64,000 nt of DNA. It comes from an uncultured Clostridia bacterium (GTDB lineage: Bacteria; Bacillota; Clostridia; TANB77; CAG-508). Within the stretch, counting starts at the first letter, position 1; each line of letters begins with the position of its first letter. The position numbers and the translations under genes are program-made. Under the pieces are notes generated by a model. The model was not told the origin of the DNA and ran no database searches. It was given only the letters and a program-made list of their open reading frames with translations. This document shows, piece after piece, positions 33,601 to 43,500 of this stretch. The stretch is from NCBI GenBank assembly GCA_934178475.1, contig CAKPQH010000001.1:68128-132127 (forward strand), in the 5' to 3' direction.

Positions 33601-36600
33601 GTTGTTTCTCCTTCAAGTACCTGCGCTGATAATATATTAATGTTATCAGCTCCTGAATCTGAAATTAAAATCCACTCTTGATTAGGCATACAAGAATTCA
33701 TCTTTACAATTGGATAATAATTGTCTCTAAATTCAAAACCATAATCTCCCAAAAATCCTGTTTGATATTTTGTATCCTTTAATGAAGAACTATTTCCTTG
33801 AATGTCAATTGAATTTGAATAATACGTTTCTGAAAAATAGAAAGAATTAGATATTCTCGAAGCATTAACTTCACTTTCGCTTCCTTTGCTATAAACTTTA
33901 AATATATTAGGTCCATTTTCAACTTCTTTTTTATTTACATTTAAAGACTTATATTTTTCATTACTTTTTTCTCTAGTAACTTCTGTTGCATTTATTGAAT
34001 AAATATTTTCTACATATACATTATTATCTACTCTATAAGCAATATTAGAAGCATATGCATTTTCATTACCTAATGTTTCTATATAATGCAACCTAATTCT
34101 AGAATTATTATAAACATTTTTTATCCCCCTAAATTCACTTTCTGTATTACTTGTTGCTTTATATACTATTCCAGCAAAATATCTTGTATCATTAGATGTA
34201 ATTGCTCCATAAGATTCAATTCCACCATCACCATATATATATCCATTTTGTATTACTCCTGAAGAATATAACACACAACCAGATATATATTGAGTACCAT
34301 ATAATTTTTTAGTTAAATTTATTACAAATTTATCTATTGTTCCATTATTATTATATCCTAATAAACCAACATATTTTCTTATTATCTTTGTACTCTCTTC
34401 TAAATTTAAAATCACATTTGAAATTTCACCATCATTATATAAAAACAACGAATAGATTCCTTTACTTTCTTCTTCCTCAATCTTTTCATTTGCTTCATAA
34501 ACATTTTCATAATCTTTTGCCGCAATATTATTAATATTAAAATTAATAACAAGATTTTGTATCTTAGCTGTATCAGATAACTTATAAAAAACATATGGTG
34601 TAACATCTGATCTTATTCCAGAAGAATATGTAGTTTTACCTAAAGTATTTCCATTGAAATTAATAATTCCATTAAATGAAATTTTTTCATTTCCAAATGT
34701 ATATTGATTAACTGTTTTCGCTTGTGTTAAAGATATATCACTAGAAAAGAAATAATTTCCATCTGGTTGAATATCCATAAATCCAATTTTCTTTTCTTTT
34801 CCATATGTATCTTCGATGCTCTCAATTTCTTCGCATTTTCCTGGTATATATGAAAAATTAATTGAATCCAATGTATAATCCCTATCATACAATTTCACTA
34901 TTAATTCTAATCTAAAATCTGTTTGTTTATTTGGTCTATTTTCTATAACATATTTTATTTTTTCTTCTATTGCTTTATTATTAGCATCTTTTATATCATC
35001 AGTTGTAACTTCTACTTCACAAATATCAGCATCATTTATTATATTTTCTTCTTCTATATGTGATAGTCTAACATAATAATTCTGTAATTTAGTAAATTCT
35101 TGGTTTTCTAATAAACTATATGTAGCATTTAAATTTAAGTCTCCTTGATAAGATTCATAATCATCATTACCATCATATATTTTTATTTGTAAATTTTTTA
35201 TATATAATTCATAATCTGTTGCAATCTCTTCTATTTTTATTTCAGTATTTGTTAAATCTGTCGGAACTATATCTGAATCCGTTGTTTTAGCAATTATTAA
35301 GCCTAAATATCCATCTTTTGTCGCTGTAAAAGTTATATCTTGATTAGTCCAATTCGTACTATTTCCACAATATCCAAGTTCTGAGTGTTCCCATCCATAA
35401 CTATTTGTGCTTCCTGAATTAAATACATATTTAAAATTACTATAATTATTCGAACTGAATTTATATGTCACACCTTTTTTTACTTGAATAAGATTCTTCG
35501 TTCTAACTCTAGTAGTTGTATTTTCAATACCAGAACCTTGTTCTAAAACTCCATCATATAAATTTCTATTTTCTCCTATTTGAGGTAAATAAAATCCTAC
35601 ATATCCATCTTCACCTATTTCAAAATCATATGAGAATTTCTTATATTCAGTTGTATTCAAATTTAAACTTACATCTCTATTTTCGGAATCTTTTATTACA
35701 ATGCTCTTATTTATATTCTTTGAATTTTGTATTTTTACATCAGCATTCTCATTATTTGTCATAGCTTCAAAAGACATTGTTAATTTTGTATCTTTAGGCA
35801 AATTATATTCATTTAAATTATATACATAACTTTGATTCGATCCAAATGTTAACACATTATTTTCTTGGTCATATATTTTCTTATAATCATATCCTTTCTC
35901 TAAAACGTCAAAACATTCAGAATACCAATTATTTTTAGATTTTACATTAACAAGATTTTTTGAAACATAATTTCCGTTTTCATCTTTTTTAGCTTCTTCT
36001 TTCAAACTATCCAAAGTTACTTTCCCTGTTAATCCTTCTGTTTTAAATTCAACATAATTATAATCTTCATCCTCTTTTGTTCTATCTGCCCTACCAATTA
36101 AATATAACGTTTGTATCTTACTTGAATCTTGAGATTCATTATACTTTGAAGCTTTACAAGTTAATTTATAAATTTTATTTTTTTCTAATCCTGTATAATT
36201 AAATTCAAACTGATTTCCTTCTTTATTTAAATATTTTTCATCTTCTCTTACTACTGTTATGCTACCATTTTCCTCTGTTGTTTCTAGTCTTACTGTAACT
36301 AATTTTTCCTTTTCATCTCCAATTGCTCCATCTTTATCATCTATAATAAAATTAAAATTAATAAAATTGTCTGTAGTCACTACATTATTTACACTCATCA
36401 AAGCTGTACTTTTTTTAGTTATTATCTCATTAAAATCATATGATGTATCTATTTTCTTTTCTTTTCCACCTTGACTTATTATAGCTTCCACTAATATAAT
36501 ATATTTTGAATTACTTTCCAAATTAGTTATATCTAATTCAACATTTTCTTCTTTTTTCAAAGAATTCAATTGTTGATGATCAAAAGAAATCTCTTTTTCA

Positions 36601-38591
36601 ACTTCTCCAGTTGAATCATTTCTTAATTTTATCTTAAATGATTTTAAAATTTGTATTAGTAAAGCATCTGTGTCTTCTTTATTAACGACTGATATTACAA
36701 GTCCAGCCTCATTACTTGTTAATTTTTCTTCATCGCTTGAAATATTTAATTTTAATTTTCCCAATAATGCATTTGTCACAAATGTCTGAGTACCAATAAG
36801 TTTATTATATTGCATCCCTTTTCCATCTTCTATATCATAATCCCCATAAACATTTATAACATAAGCTGTTTCAATTTCTAAATCTTGAAAAATAACTTTA
36901 TCTTTATCCTGTTCTAGCATTCCTTGTTTTATTAATTCTCCACCAGCTGTTAAAAGTTCATATCTATAATTTTCTACCCTTACTTTATCTTCATTGCGAA
37001 GTGTAGTATTTACAGTAGTTTTTAAATCATTACTTTTAGCACTAATCTTTACAGTAGGAACAGCTTTTAATGTATTTGTTTCTCCTGTATTGCTATTTAG
37101 CTTCATCTCATCACTATTTGTATCATAAAATTTAATTTTATATGAGTATTTTGTATTAGACTCTAATCCTTCTTCTGTTTGATATGTTATTCTTTCTCCT
37201 CTTAACAATTGCTTTAAATTTAAAGAACTAATTTTGTATTCAATTCCATTGATTTCTATAACTGCTTTTACAACCCCATAAATTGCCTCATCAGTTATAT
37301 CTGATGTAATCCCAAAATTCTTTAGTTCTATTTTATTTTCATAAATCTCTCCATTTTCAAATGTTAAATCTATAGCTTTTATATTTTCTGTTCCTAATGT
37401 AGTAAAACTGCTCTTATAAAATGTAACTTCTATTTTGTCGCCATCTTGATTAATGTATTGATATGTACCTTCAACTTCATATGTAGTATTAGGACATAAT
37501 TTTGTTATATTAAATCTTCCTGAAGAATTAGTAGCTCTTCTAAATGAAACCTTACCATCTTTATAAAATGTAAAAGTAGGGGCCTTGCATATAGCTCCAC
37601 TTGGGTCTTTTATCTCTACCTCATTAAATGCTATATATGTACTTGCTGTAAATCCAGTAGCTTTTACTTCTGGTTTTATCCATTTAACATCTGCATTATT
37701 AGTATTATCTGGTACTTCTATTACAGGAGTCTCAATAATATTCTCTTCTTTATTTTCTTCATCCTTATCTTCTTTGTTATCTTTTGTTGTATCTTCTTTA
37801 ATAATTTCTTTAGGAGGAACTTCAGCTCTGATTATACCTAATGCAATTAATAATTCTTTATATGTATATTGCTTATTATAATCCTCTATAATAACTTGCG
37901 AATTATCATCAACATCTAAAATTTTATTATAAACAAAATAATCTCCATTTAACGAATAATATGTAATAAATTTATTTGTTATGTTCATAATACTATTCAT
38001 TGGTATTTTATATTCACCAGAATATGTTTTTATTTTCATTTCCTTACAGTTAATATATAAGTTTTCAGCATTTTTCATCAAGATATAATCACAAAAATCA
38101 GCTCTTTCAAGAGTTAAAGAATTGTATAAAACACCTGAAGTCAAAGTAAATCCTTTATAACCACTTGTAGTTTCCAAGTCAGATGTAATCAACGATACAT
38201 CTTGACTCAAATTATACAAAGCCAAATTATCATTTACATATATAGGATAATCTAAATTTATATTTTGAGTTTTACTTGCTCCTATGTAATATGACCTCAA
38301 ATTCTTATATACCATATCTTGATCTTTAACTTTCAATGCCTGAATATTTTCATTAACTTGAAAAGTTGCATCTAACAAATTATTTGTAATCTCTTTTCCT
38401 GCAACAGCATATCCATCGTATGTCAGTGTCTCATATGGAATAAATCTTAAATAAATTATATATAAAGCCAATAATATTATTATAAAGAAATTTAATATTG
38501 CCATAAAAAACCAAGCTATATTTCTTTTGTTTTCTTTATTTGTTTTTTCTTCCTTCATATCTTCCTCCACTTTATTTTTTTCTCTTATCAA
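27642..38591 (-). CDS. Giant surface protein (3649 aa): N-terminal TM, FN3/Ig-like modules, GLUG-motif beta-helix repeats, C-terminal TM anchor
   Basis: N-terminal helix IAWFFMAILNFFIIILLALYIIYL. FN3 motifs (TKLCPNTTYEVEGTY, LESNTKYSYKIKFY). At least 17 repeats of xGG(I/V/L)(A/V/I)G spaced 25-35 aa apart (GGIIGENAGYIGNC, GGIAGRAHT, GGVFGYVEQ, GGAFGYSNA, GGIVGRENY, GGIAGYSEG, GGLVGYLKN, GGVIGKVD), spanning about nt 29550-32750. C-terminal helix IGIILFAIVIVSIGIILVVMKRKNIKD. Confidence 0.7.
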   Translation of the reverse strand: MIREKNKVEEDMKEEKTNKENKRNIAWFFMAILNFFIIILLALYIIYLRFIPYETLTYDGYAVAGKEITNNLLDATFQVNENIQALKVKDQDMVYKNLRSYYIGASKTQNINLDYPIYVNDNLALYNLSQDVSLITSDLETTSGYKGFTLTSGVLYNSLTLERADFCDYILMKNAENLYINCKEMKIKTYSGEYKIPMNSIMNITNKFITYYSLNGDYFVYNKILDVDDNSQVIIEDYNKQYTYKELLIALGIIRAEVPPKEIIKEDTTKDNKEDKDEENKEENIIETPVIEVPDNTNNADVKWIKPEVKATGFTASTYIAFNEVEIKDPSGAICKAPTFTFYKDGKVSFRRATNSSGRFNITKLCPNTTYEVEGTYQYINQDGDKIEVTFYKSSFTTLGTENIKAIDLTFENGEIYENKIELKNFGITSDITDEAIYGVVKAVIEINGIEYKISSLNLKQLLRGERITYQTEEGLESNTKYSYKIKFYDTNSDEMKLNSNTGETNTLKAVPTVKISAKSNDLKTTVNTTLRNEDKVRVENYRYELLTAGGELIKQGMLEQDKDKVIFQDLEIETAYVINVYGDYDIEDGKGMQYNKLIGTQTFVTNALLGKLKLNISSDEEKLTSNEAGLVISVVNKEDTDALLIQILKSFKIKLRNDSTGEVEKEISFDHQQLNSLKKEENVELDITNLESNSKYIILVEAIISQGGKEKKIDTSYDFNEIITKKSTALMSVNNVVTTDNFINFNFIIDDKDGAIGDEKEKLVTVRLETTEENGSITVVREDEKYLNKEGNQFEFNYTGLEKNKIYKLTCKASKYNESQDSSKIQTLYLIGRADRTKEDEDYNYVEFKTEGLTGKVTLDSLKEEAKKDENGNYVSKNLVNVKSKNNWYSECFDVLEKGYDYKKIYDQENNVLTFGSNQSYVYNLNEYNLPKDTKLTMSFEAMTNNENADVKIQNSKNINKSIVIKDSENRDVSLNLNTTEYKKFSYDFEIGEDGYVGFYLPQIGENRNLYDGVLEQGSGIENTTTRVRTKNLIQVKKGVTYKFSSNNYSNFKYVFNSGSTNSYGWEHSELGYCGNSTNWTNQDITFTATKDGYLGLIIAKTTDSDIVPTDLTNTEIKIEEIATDYELYIKNLQIKIYDGNDDYESYQGDLNLNATYSLLENQEFTKLQNYYVRLSHIEEENIINDADICEVEVTTDDIKDANNKAIEEKIKYVIENRPNKQTDFRLELIVKLYDRDYTLDSINFSYIPGKCEEIESIEDTYGKEKKIGFMDIQPDGNYFFSSDISLTQAKTVNQYTFGNEKISFNGIINFNGNTLGKTTYSSGIRSDVTPYVFYKLSDTAKIQNLVINFNINNIAAKDYENVYEANEKIEEEESKGIYSLFLYNDGEISNVILNLEESTKIIRKYVGLLGYNNNGTIDKFVINLTKKLYGTQYISGCVLYSSGVIQNGYIYGDGGIESYGAITSNDTRYFAGIVYKATSNTESEFRGIKNVYNNSRIRLHYIETLGNENAYASNIAYRVDNNVYVENIYSINATEVTREKSNEKYKSLNVNKKEVENGPNIFKVYSKGSESEVNASRISNSFYFSETYYSNSIDIQGNSSSLKDTKYQTGFLGDYGFEFRDNYYPIVKMNSCMPNQEWILISDSGADNINILSAQVLEGETTDEIIQSINNRLEETFGLGEVITGENGTESRIRKAIEDYESQNNVKVTDENIYVAEISLYNSRNSEIDEEHGVDIDFVDEHIIGQGKGNQRTLLYAIIDNPQIYYNTYNISKISYKTWVDGVYTTVEQKFGGNEPLGKKTINMKFVKKITNAEEWCNIDQYTTDAEGNSLGVKGLVQNYRLVNDIDFNNSEELPNISGIFEGEITAEKIQVEEEKDGVKQVVTRYPILKNINLSQETFFEILNGKVENLNIENYTQDGFKEFSENSKYYLGFIGMTDKKAIINNIHLKNINLSCAYNETNINANCYVAGIICEMTQNVIKNSSVSGLYFDCTRDDSNKQFNMAMGGIVGYATSSSKTIENCYVQNFNVNLGNNITSLGIGGILGRVDDSENSKITVDIKYCYSTGNITTYQNYIGGIFGKNKGKVEKCYSTIDITSNSTATSTGAIGGIGGHSTTASENIYNLYTGNMYVKKTGMSNVNNIIGSSDDKNATDIIKVTLANNYAYSGQRINGKIDATSETAYGATLISSVAKKEKDGDSRICKNTTMKNNFAGNYYKSNIINSDGYIIDNLPLLYENEESRELMIWQDNIEISIINLKILGVKAEYIDNLDTKEEENNPKAKLTLTINNPDQIEVTGLEFEKINYIESMVCNSVLSQTYNDKTKNSIVELEVTPNYYYDTYKINKLWYKYNGAEKDIVIDTKVSIIFYKGVKKWDDFDYRNTYQNYKILQNINLNTNGPKKTADNHLENSELIVGRLVGKVNDAREKPIIGGTNDQTYSFKLNKYRSGLIKECSVALQDISFENIEVTSKASNTGIFSLVTANCKNISFNKITVNASGYSYIGTIAQLTNAKIQDIELSGITCSGYDYVGGLSGYSTLSGECKNMKARYTSVSGHSFVGGLIGRLQNTSGYLKNISAFQTDGESRPDNGFLVKGTGSYIGGCIGYAYRNLDTVKTNNSRIIGGSVIGACVGEAYWCSQLNFEAKDNVIQGGSYVGGIIGENAGYIGNCTSINNTITGTSTRTGGVFGSLRYSEIPTNGKIISRQNVIKGAGQVGGIAGRAHTYYSSYPIRNIESIENKVYSKTSKGALQDYAGGVFGYVEQANSVPIDGVVVKDNKVEGASYVGGAFGYSNAIIRNVKVTGNNDATQVDVSGINYVGGIVGRENYSYYNSSSSYYSINQAYASNMYIKATGSNIGGIAGYSEGTVYGTYIDNSNIRGGKGSKYIGGIVGYYRASIKNQAQYISSKNFYLKNSACVNTNIEFESGSEIGGIAGVFEYGNLENCYVVNCKINPTSSAAKTTCVGGLVGYLKNKNTQTNQYISKIRNNYVINYSAKNTFIRGDNFVGGVIGKVDRLIESDTRRNTENFQDSYPEDAYGSNLIITDILASGNEVSMGIGNYMVGAGEDEETGKSYGNQNLNMVNTYIYLGNKINNYRIDVMDKYGIDEQNVDKYQIVDYNWIKNASNYKNKLSFGTSYIIDSNISNNCLPILIDANKWSSLGITQVAPEFPIEEYFDNTSRAKKFSLMSMPINRNKMYAINTSVKEQFPKVYVYTSDVDKINVEFEYVNENTAYSICTEDGNTLYTGTIKDRVNTFKFDFKQSIKIKFSNGMVCYEEDFDINDIRNKLYMQDDEYFYLLNNKLYSNKNSFDGEFANLYEGKVISTDGKIYNVYDVNTEIGEYAQFEKLEESIPLIEYEYKGKKIETYYHCTKVIEDSENEIIKDKQMYIKNKSMYILDGKLDIYGNTAIIDSYNDKQYEAALGVDGKIYNFLNKIKYPLNFKNKDIIQMTSNIKNNTNIVLVYYSSGKVVGFNYITGEEVYDNGEGKVDLFTYIANSFKKENLLYDIENINYEDEKELIAKLEKISIDEAMSNIEDDNKTGTVSENNGENSINNTESNISQTNKDIQYTVAYDTSQDKYVVYSSEELFDTKTEKVISENEKIQSNANLENYYGNLSVSKIELNDIGIILFAIVIVSIGIILVVMKRKNIKD

Positions 38592-39507
38592 TTATATAAC
38601 TACTTCCATTAACAGATTTTACTGCATGTTTTACTTGAGCTGCAGCATCTCCAATCTCTAATATATTAGCAAATCTATTTTTTTCGGCCATAACAACTGC
38701 TATTGATATTGCAGTCAATGGAAAGTTTTCTATAATTCCTTTTCTATTTTTTACTTGAAGGTATCCTTTTTCCACATCAACTTCATTGAAAAAACTAAGT
38801 ACTCTTTCGTCAAAATTAGCAATAATTCTTTGACATAATTTTTCTATTTTATCATTATCAGCAGAAATTATTGCTATAAAATCATCTCCTCCTATATGTC
38901 CTACAAATCCATTTTCAATGCTAGCGTCTTTATGTATAGCATCGACAATCACATTCGCAGTAAATTGTATTATTTGATCTCCCTTTAAAAATCCATATAC
39001 ATCATTGTATGATTTAAAATTATCTAAATCTATATACAATACAGCAAAATCTTTATTTTGCCCAAGCCTTTTTTTCATTTCTGCTTGTATTTGTACATTT
39101 CCAGGTAAACCAGTTAAAGGACTTATCCTTCTGTTAATTGTAAGAAGTCTAGTTAAATTTTTTATAGTATAATATAAATACCCCTCATCTACTGGCTTAC
39201 GTACAAAATACTCTATTGACTCATTTAATATTCTTAACCTATGTTCTCTTGTTCCATCAGAAGACACTACAATAACAGGTGTAATACTATTATCTTCATC
39301 TTGTCTAATTCTTTTACACACCTTTAGCACATCCATGTCTATTGCATCTTCATTTATTATTATTAATGAAGGTATATTTTTTAATGCTTCATCTATTTTT
39401 TCAGTAGTAACACTTATGAATTTATAATCCTTATCATTTCTAAATAATTCTTTAAATATCTTTACAGATGTTGCATCATCGTCTATTATATAAACCTCAT
39501 TTACCAT
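38572..39507 (-). CDS. Response-regulator receiver domain fused to a GGDEF diguanylate cyclase domain (GGDDF variant)
   Basis: REC-like N-terminus (IIDDD, LIIINED, PVIVVSS, VRKP). GGDEF core DLDNFKSYNDVYG ... GHIGGDDFIAI. No RxxD I-site. The 3' end overlaps the start of the 3649-aa gene by 20 nt. Confidence 0.8.
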   Translation of the reverse strand: MVNEVYIIDDDATSVKIFKELFRNDKDYKFISVTTEKIDEALKNIPSLIIINEDAIDMDVLKVCKRIRQDEDNSITPVIVVSSDGTREHRLRILNESIEYFVRKPVDEGYLYYTIKNLTRLLTINRRISPLTGLPGNVQIQAEMKKRLGQNKDFAVLYIDLDNFKSYNDVYGFLKGDQIIQFTANVIVDAIHKDASIENGFVGHIGGDDFIAIISADNDKIEKLCQRIIANFDERVLSFFNEVDVEKGYLQVKNRKGIIENFPLTAISIAVVMAEKNRFANILEIGDAAAQVKHAVKSVNGSSYIIDKRKK

Positions 39508-39521
39508 TTTTTTCTCCTTCG

Positions 39522-40466
39522 TTATTTTAATTCATATCTTACTTTTCTTGTAGTAGGTATTCCCTCATCATCATATGCTGTGATAATAACTCTATTTTCA
39601 CCATTTTTAAGTTTTAAATTTTTAGTATATTTCGTACTATTTATATTTTCTTCAACTGTTAATGTTTCCCCATTAAACGTTATTTCAACTTTAGATATTC
39701 CTTTTTCATCTGAAATCTCTATTACAAAATCCACTTTATTGGTTGTAACTTCAACAGATGGTCCTTCTTTCATTTCCATCTCTTTTGTTTTCTTTGTTTC
39801 AACACCATTTACATCAACAGCTTTTACAGTCAATGAATGCTTTCCTGCAACTTTTATTATGTCTATTGATAATTCAGCTGATGTATCATTAATCATTTCT
39901 TGTTTTGATTTCTCATTATCCCAATAATATTCAATATAATCAATCTTACTACCAGATGTAGCTGTAACTTTTATGATTCCTTCATCTTCTATTGCTTCTA
40001 AATTTATACTTGGTCCAGTCTCCATTGTTTTTTGATATGTAGATTCTTGTCTTTTTGTATCTTTTGCAGTTATAACTATATTATTAGAACTTTCTGTTAA
40101 CTTAACATCTATTTCTTTTTCTAATTCATTATTTCCTGAAACTGTTTTGCTTGAACCATTTACACTATATGTAATTTCCTTTATTCCTACTGTACTAGAT
40201 ACTCTGATCGTTATATTTTCTGCATCTACTCTCTCTATATGTATATTTGGTTTAAGAACATTAGAGTCCGATTTTCCTGTTTGTAAAACAGCATATGTAC
40301 CATTTGCCGTAATACATATTCCAAATACAATAATTACGATTGCAAAAAATCTAACAATTGAGCTAGTTCCTATATGTTTATTATCATAATTATTAACTTT
40401 CTTTGACTTTGTTTTCTCTTTTACTTGCCTTTCTGTAGATAATATTTGATTCATACAATTCACCAT
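39522..40466 (-). CDS. Membrane-anchored protein with three tandem Ig-like repeats of about 75 aa (314 aa)
   Basis: N-terminal TM FFAIVIIVFGICITANG. Repeats IERVDAENITIRVSS..., ...LEAIEDEGIIKVTATSG..., VEVTTNKVDFVIEISDEKGISKVEITFNGE. Confidence 0.5.
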   Translation of the reverse strand: MVNCMNQILSTERQVKEKTKSKKVNNYDNKHIGTSSIVRFFAIVIIVFGICITANGTYAVLQTGKSDSNVLKPNIHIERVDAENITIRVSSTVGIKEITYSVNGSSKTVSGNNELEKEIDVKLTESSNNIVITAKDTKRQESTYQKTMETGPSINLEAIEDEGIIKVTATSGSKIDYIEYYWDNEKSKQEMINDTSAELSIDIIKVAGKHSLTVKAVDVNGVETKKTKEMEMKEGPSVEVTTNKVDFVIEISDEKGISKVEITFNGETLTVEENINSTKYTKNLKLKNGENRVIITAYDDEGIPTTRKVRYELK

Positions 40467-40572
40467 CCTATAATTCTACAAAAAATTATATCATAACGTA
40501 TTTTTATTGTAAACATTTTTAGCAAAAAATAAAGGTAGAAATTTATTACATTTCTACCTTTATTTCATATTT

Positions 40573-43500
40573 TTATAAAACAAATTTTTTAATTAATATA
40601 ATTCCTCCTGCAAGCATTATAAGTGATATACCTCCAACTCCAACATATGGCATAACATTTTCTTTTAAACCTGTTGATATTGCAAGTAATACTGGTGCGT
40701 AATCCATATCGTCTTCTTCTATAATTTTATTATCTGGTGTTGAATCTCTATCTGGTACATCATATTCGTTATAATCTTCTGATATTTCAGCATAATTTGT
40801 TTTTACGCCTAAGTTATTAGCACCATTTATCCATCTAAAAGTAACTTCTACAGTTGCACTCTCTCCTGGATTTAATAGTGTTCCCTTTAATGCTCTAGTT
40901 GAAATAACATTATTTCCTTCATCTACCCATTCTTTATTATCTTCTTCATAGAATTTTAATCCTTCAGGTACGTAATCTGTTATTTCCATAGCATATCCAG
41001 GTATATCTCCCTCATTAGTTATTTTAATAATATATACAAATTTTACTATCGTTGAATCTAATTTTTTTCTATTAATTTCAACTTTAGGAATCATATCTGT
41101 TGTATTATTTCCTGTATTTCCTGTTTGAGTTACAGTTTCATTTCCATCTTCTATTACATGTACTTCTGAAACATATTTTAATAATGCTAAGTCAAATTCT
41201 CTAACAACTATTCTTTCAAAATCGTCATCATCTTCTTGTCCAGGAATATATCCATCTGTCTTATCAGTGTCTTCTCCACCTTCATAATTTGGTCTATCAT
41301 CTTGATCTAAAACATCATCTGTTAAATTATCAGGTTTTGAATCTCTATCTTTAGGAACTACAGTTCCATCCTTTCCTTGATATTCCGTTATTTGTGCAAT
41401 ATTTGTTATGTTCTTCATTGGCAAAGCATTTTTATTTACTTTACATAGAATTTGAACATCTTTATAATCAAGTCCAGAACCTTTTCCATCATCATTTGCA
41501 GAATCAAATGCTTTTAATATATTTTTCTTATCTAATTCTGATGATAAATAATCCGTTGAAACAGTCTTTCCATCTGCACCAACTGTCCATCCATAATTAT
41601 CATTAAATTCACATTCCACATAATCTAAATATGTTGGTAAATGATCTGTTATTTTAGATGCGTATGCATCTATATCTCCTTCATTATATACTCTTATTGT
41701 ATATAATACATAACTTTCTCTAGCTACTGTTAATGAATCTTTAGGGTGTTTGTATATAGCAGTAGTTGCTGTTTTATCTTTTAAATGTGTTGTATCTACA
41801 CTTGGAGCTCTTGTATAAGCAGTACTAGTTGTTCCGTCAACTGTTACATATTCTCCCTCTTCAATATTTGCATCACTACTTATAGCTGCTATAAATTTTC
41901 TAAGTGCAATATCATATTCTTCTAATATAACATTATCATAGTCTTCATCATCTTCATATTTTTTCCATTCATCAGGATTTGAATCTCTATCATCATCTGA
42001 ATCTTTAGTAATTGCTGCTTCATTTCTTATTATTCCAATAGTTGGGTCTGTTGCAACTACTTTTAGCATTATTTTAACTTCTTTATATGATAGTCCAGAA
42101 CCCTTTCCATCATCATTTGTTGCGTCAAATGCTTTTATTTCATTTGATGTTGATTTAGCTTTTGATAAATAATCTGTCTTTACCATTTCTATTCTATTTG
42201 TCGTAGAATTTGTTGTTTTTATTGTCCATCCTTGACTCAAGTTAAACTCTATTGCTTTTTTGTCTTCATCTGTTAATGTTTTTGTACATGCACTATAATC
42301 AATATTTCCAGTTGCATCAATAGTAATTCCATTATCATATATATATTCCAATCCATTTGGAATATCTTCTGTTATTTCCTCTGCATAACCATCAAGTTCT
42401 GCTTCATTATATACTCTTAAAGTATATGTTACATATTCTCCTGTTTTAACTTTTAATGGATCTTTACTTAATGTATAATCTGCTGTTGTTCTAGAACCAT
42501 CTTTTAATTTAGAAGAATCAATTTTTGTAATAGTTCTTCCTCTAGTTGCATCTCCATTTATTTCTGATATATATTTTACAAGTTTCAAGTCAAAAGTCTT
42601 TTTATCAGCTGCATTCACATTTAATTCAAATGGTTCATCTTTCTTTGTTATTTCTACTAACAATTGTTCCGCTGTCGCATCTGTTGTACGTTCATCTGTC
42701 ATCCATAAAGTTTTTTCTGTAATTTGATATGTACCATTTAAAGATATTTTAACTCCACTTATAGCAGTAGATGGAACTGTAACGTAAAATCCTGTTGTTT
42801 CACCCACAAGTGTTGAATAATCTGTTACACTTCTTGCATTTCCATTTTCATCTGAAAGATACCATCCTGAAATTGCATTATTATCTTGATCTTTTACCAC
42901 TAAATTATTTTCTAATATATATGGAAGTTCCCCAACTTTTTCTAATTTGATTGGTCCAACAACATATTTAGAATTTACTTTCTTCATATTTGTTGAAGCA
43001 TTAACACTTAAAGGAACTTTTGTACTTTCATTTGCATAAGCATTATTGTCTCCTGGATTTGCCGCATTAGCAGAATCTATTAAATAATCATATAACAAAC
43101 ATGCTTGTTCTTGGTACATTTGTCCAACAGCACCAGGTATCCCTGTTGTTGTCGAATATTCAATATTTCCTGTTGTACTATTATAATAATATGATGCCAA
43201 TGGTTTATATTCTCTATTATCTACACCAATAGAATAGTTTAACCACCATTTCATATCAGATGCATTTTTTCCTGTATAATAGTCATAATTTGCTCCATTA
43301 ACATAATACCACAATGCTGCTTGTTGTACAGATTCAACTAATTCAGCAGGTAAACTACATTCTATTGTATTTCCATCTTTGTCTATATAATAATATCCTT
43401 TTCCATTTTGAGAATAACCACGCATATTATCTTTGCGTAACCATTTAGGATATTTCTCCGCATCTACTTTTTCTTCCAATAACTCACTGCACTTATCTCC

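Noticed and set aside
22893-37881. Many 60-98 aa ORFs in the + strand track inside the giant genes (for example 22893..23090, 24996..25268, 28297..28494, 30299..30481, 34337..34534, 37585..37881)
   Set aside because: All are antisense to long, clearly coding minus-strand ORFs. They are low-complexity, AT-driven translations with no RBS context and are treated as spurious.
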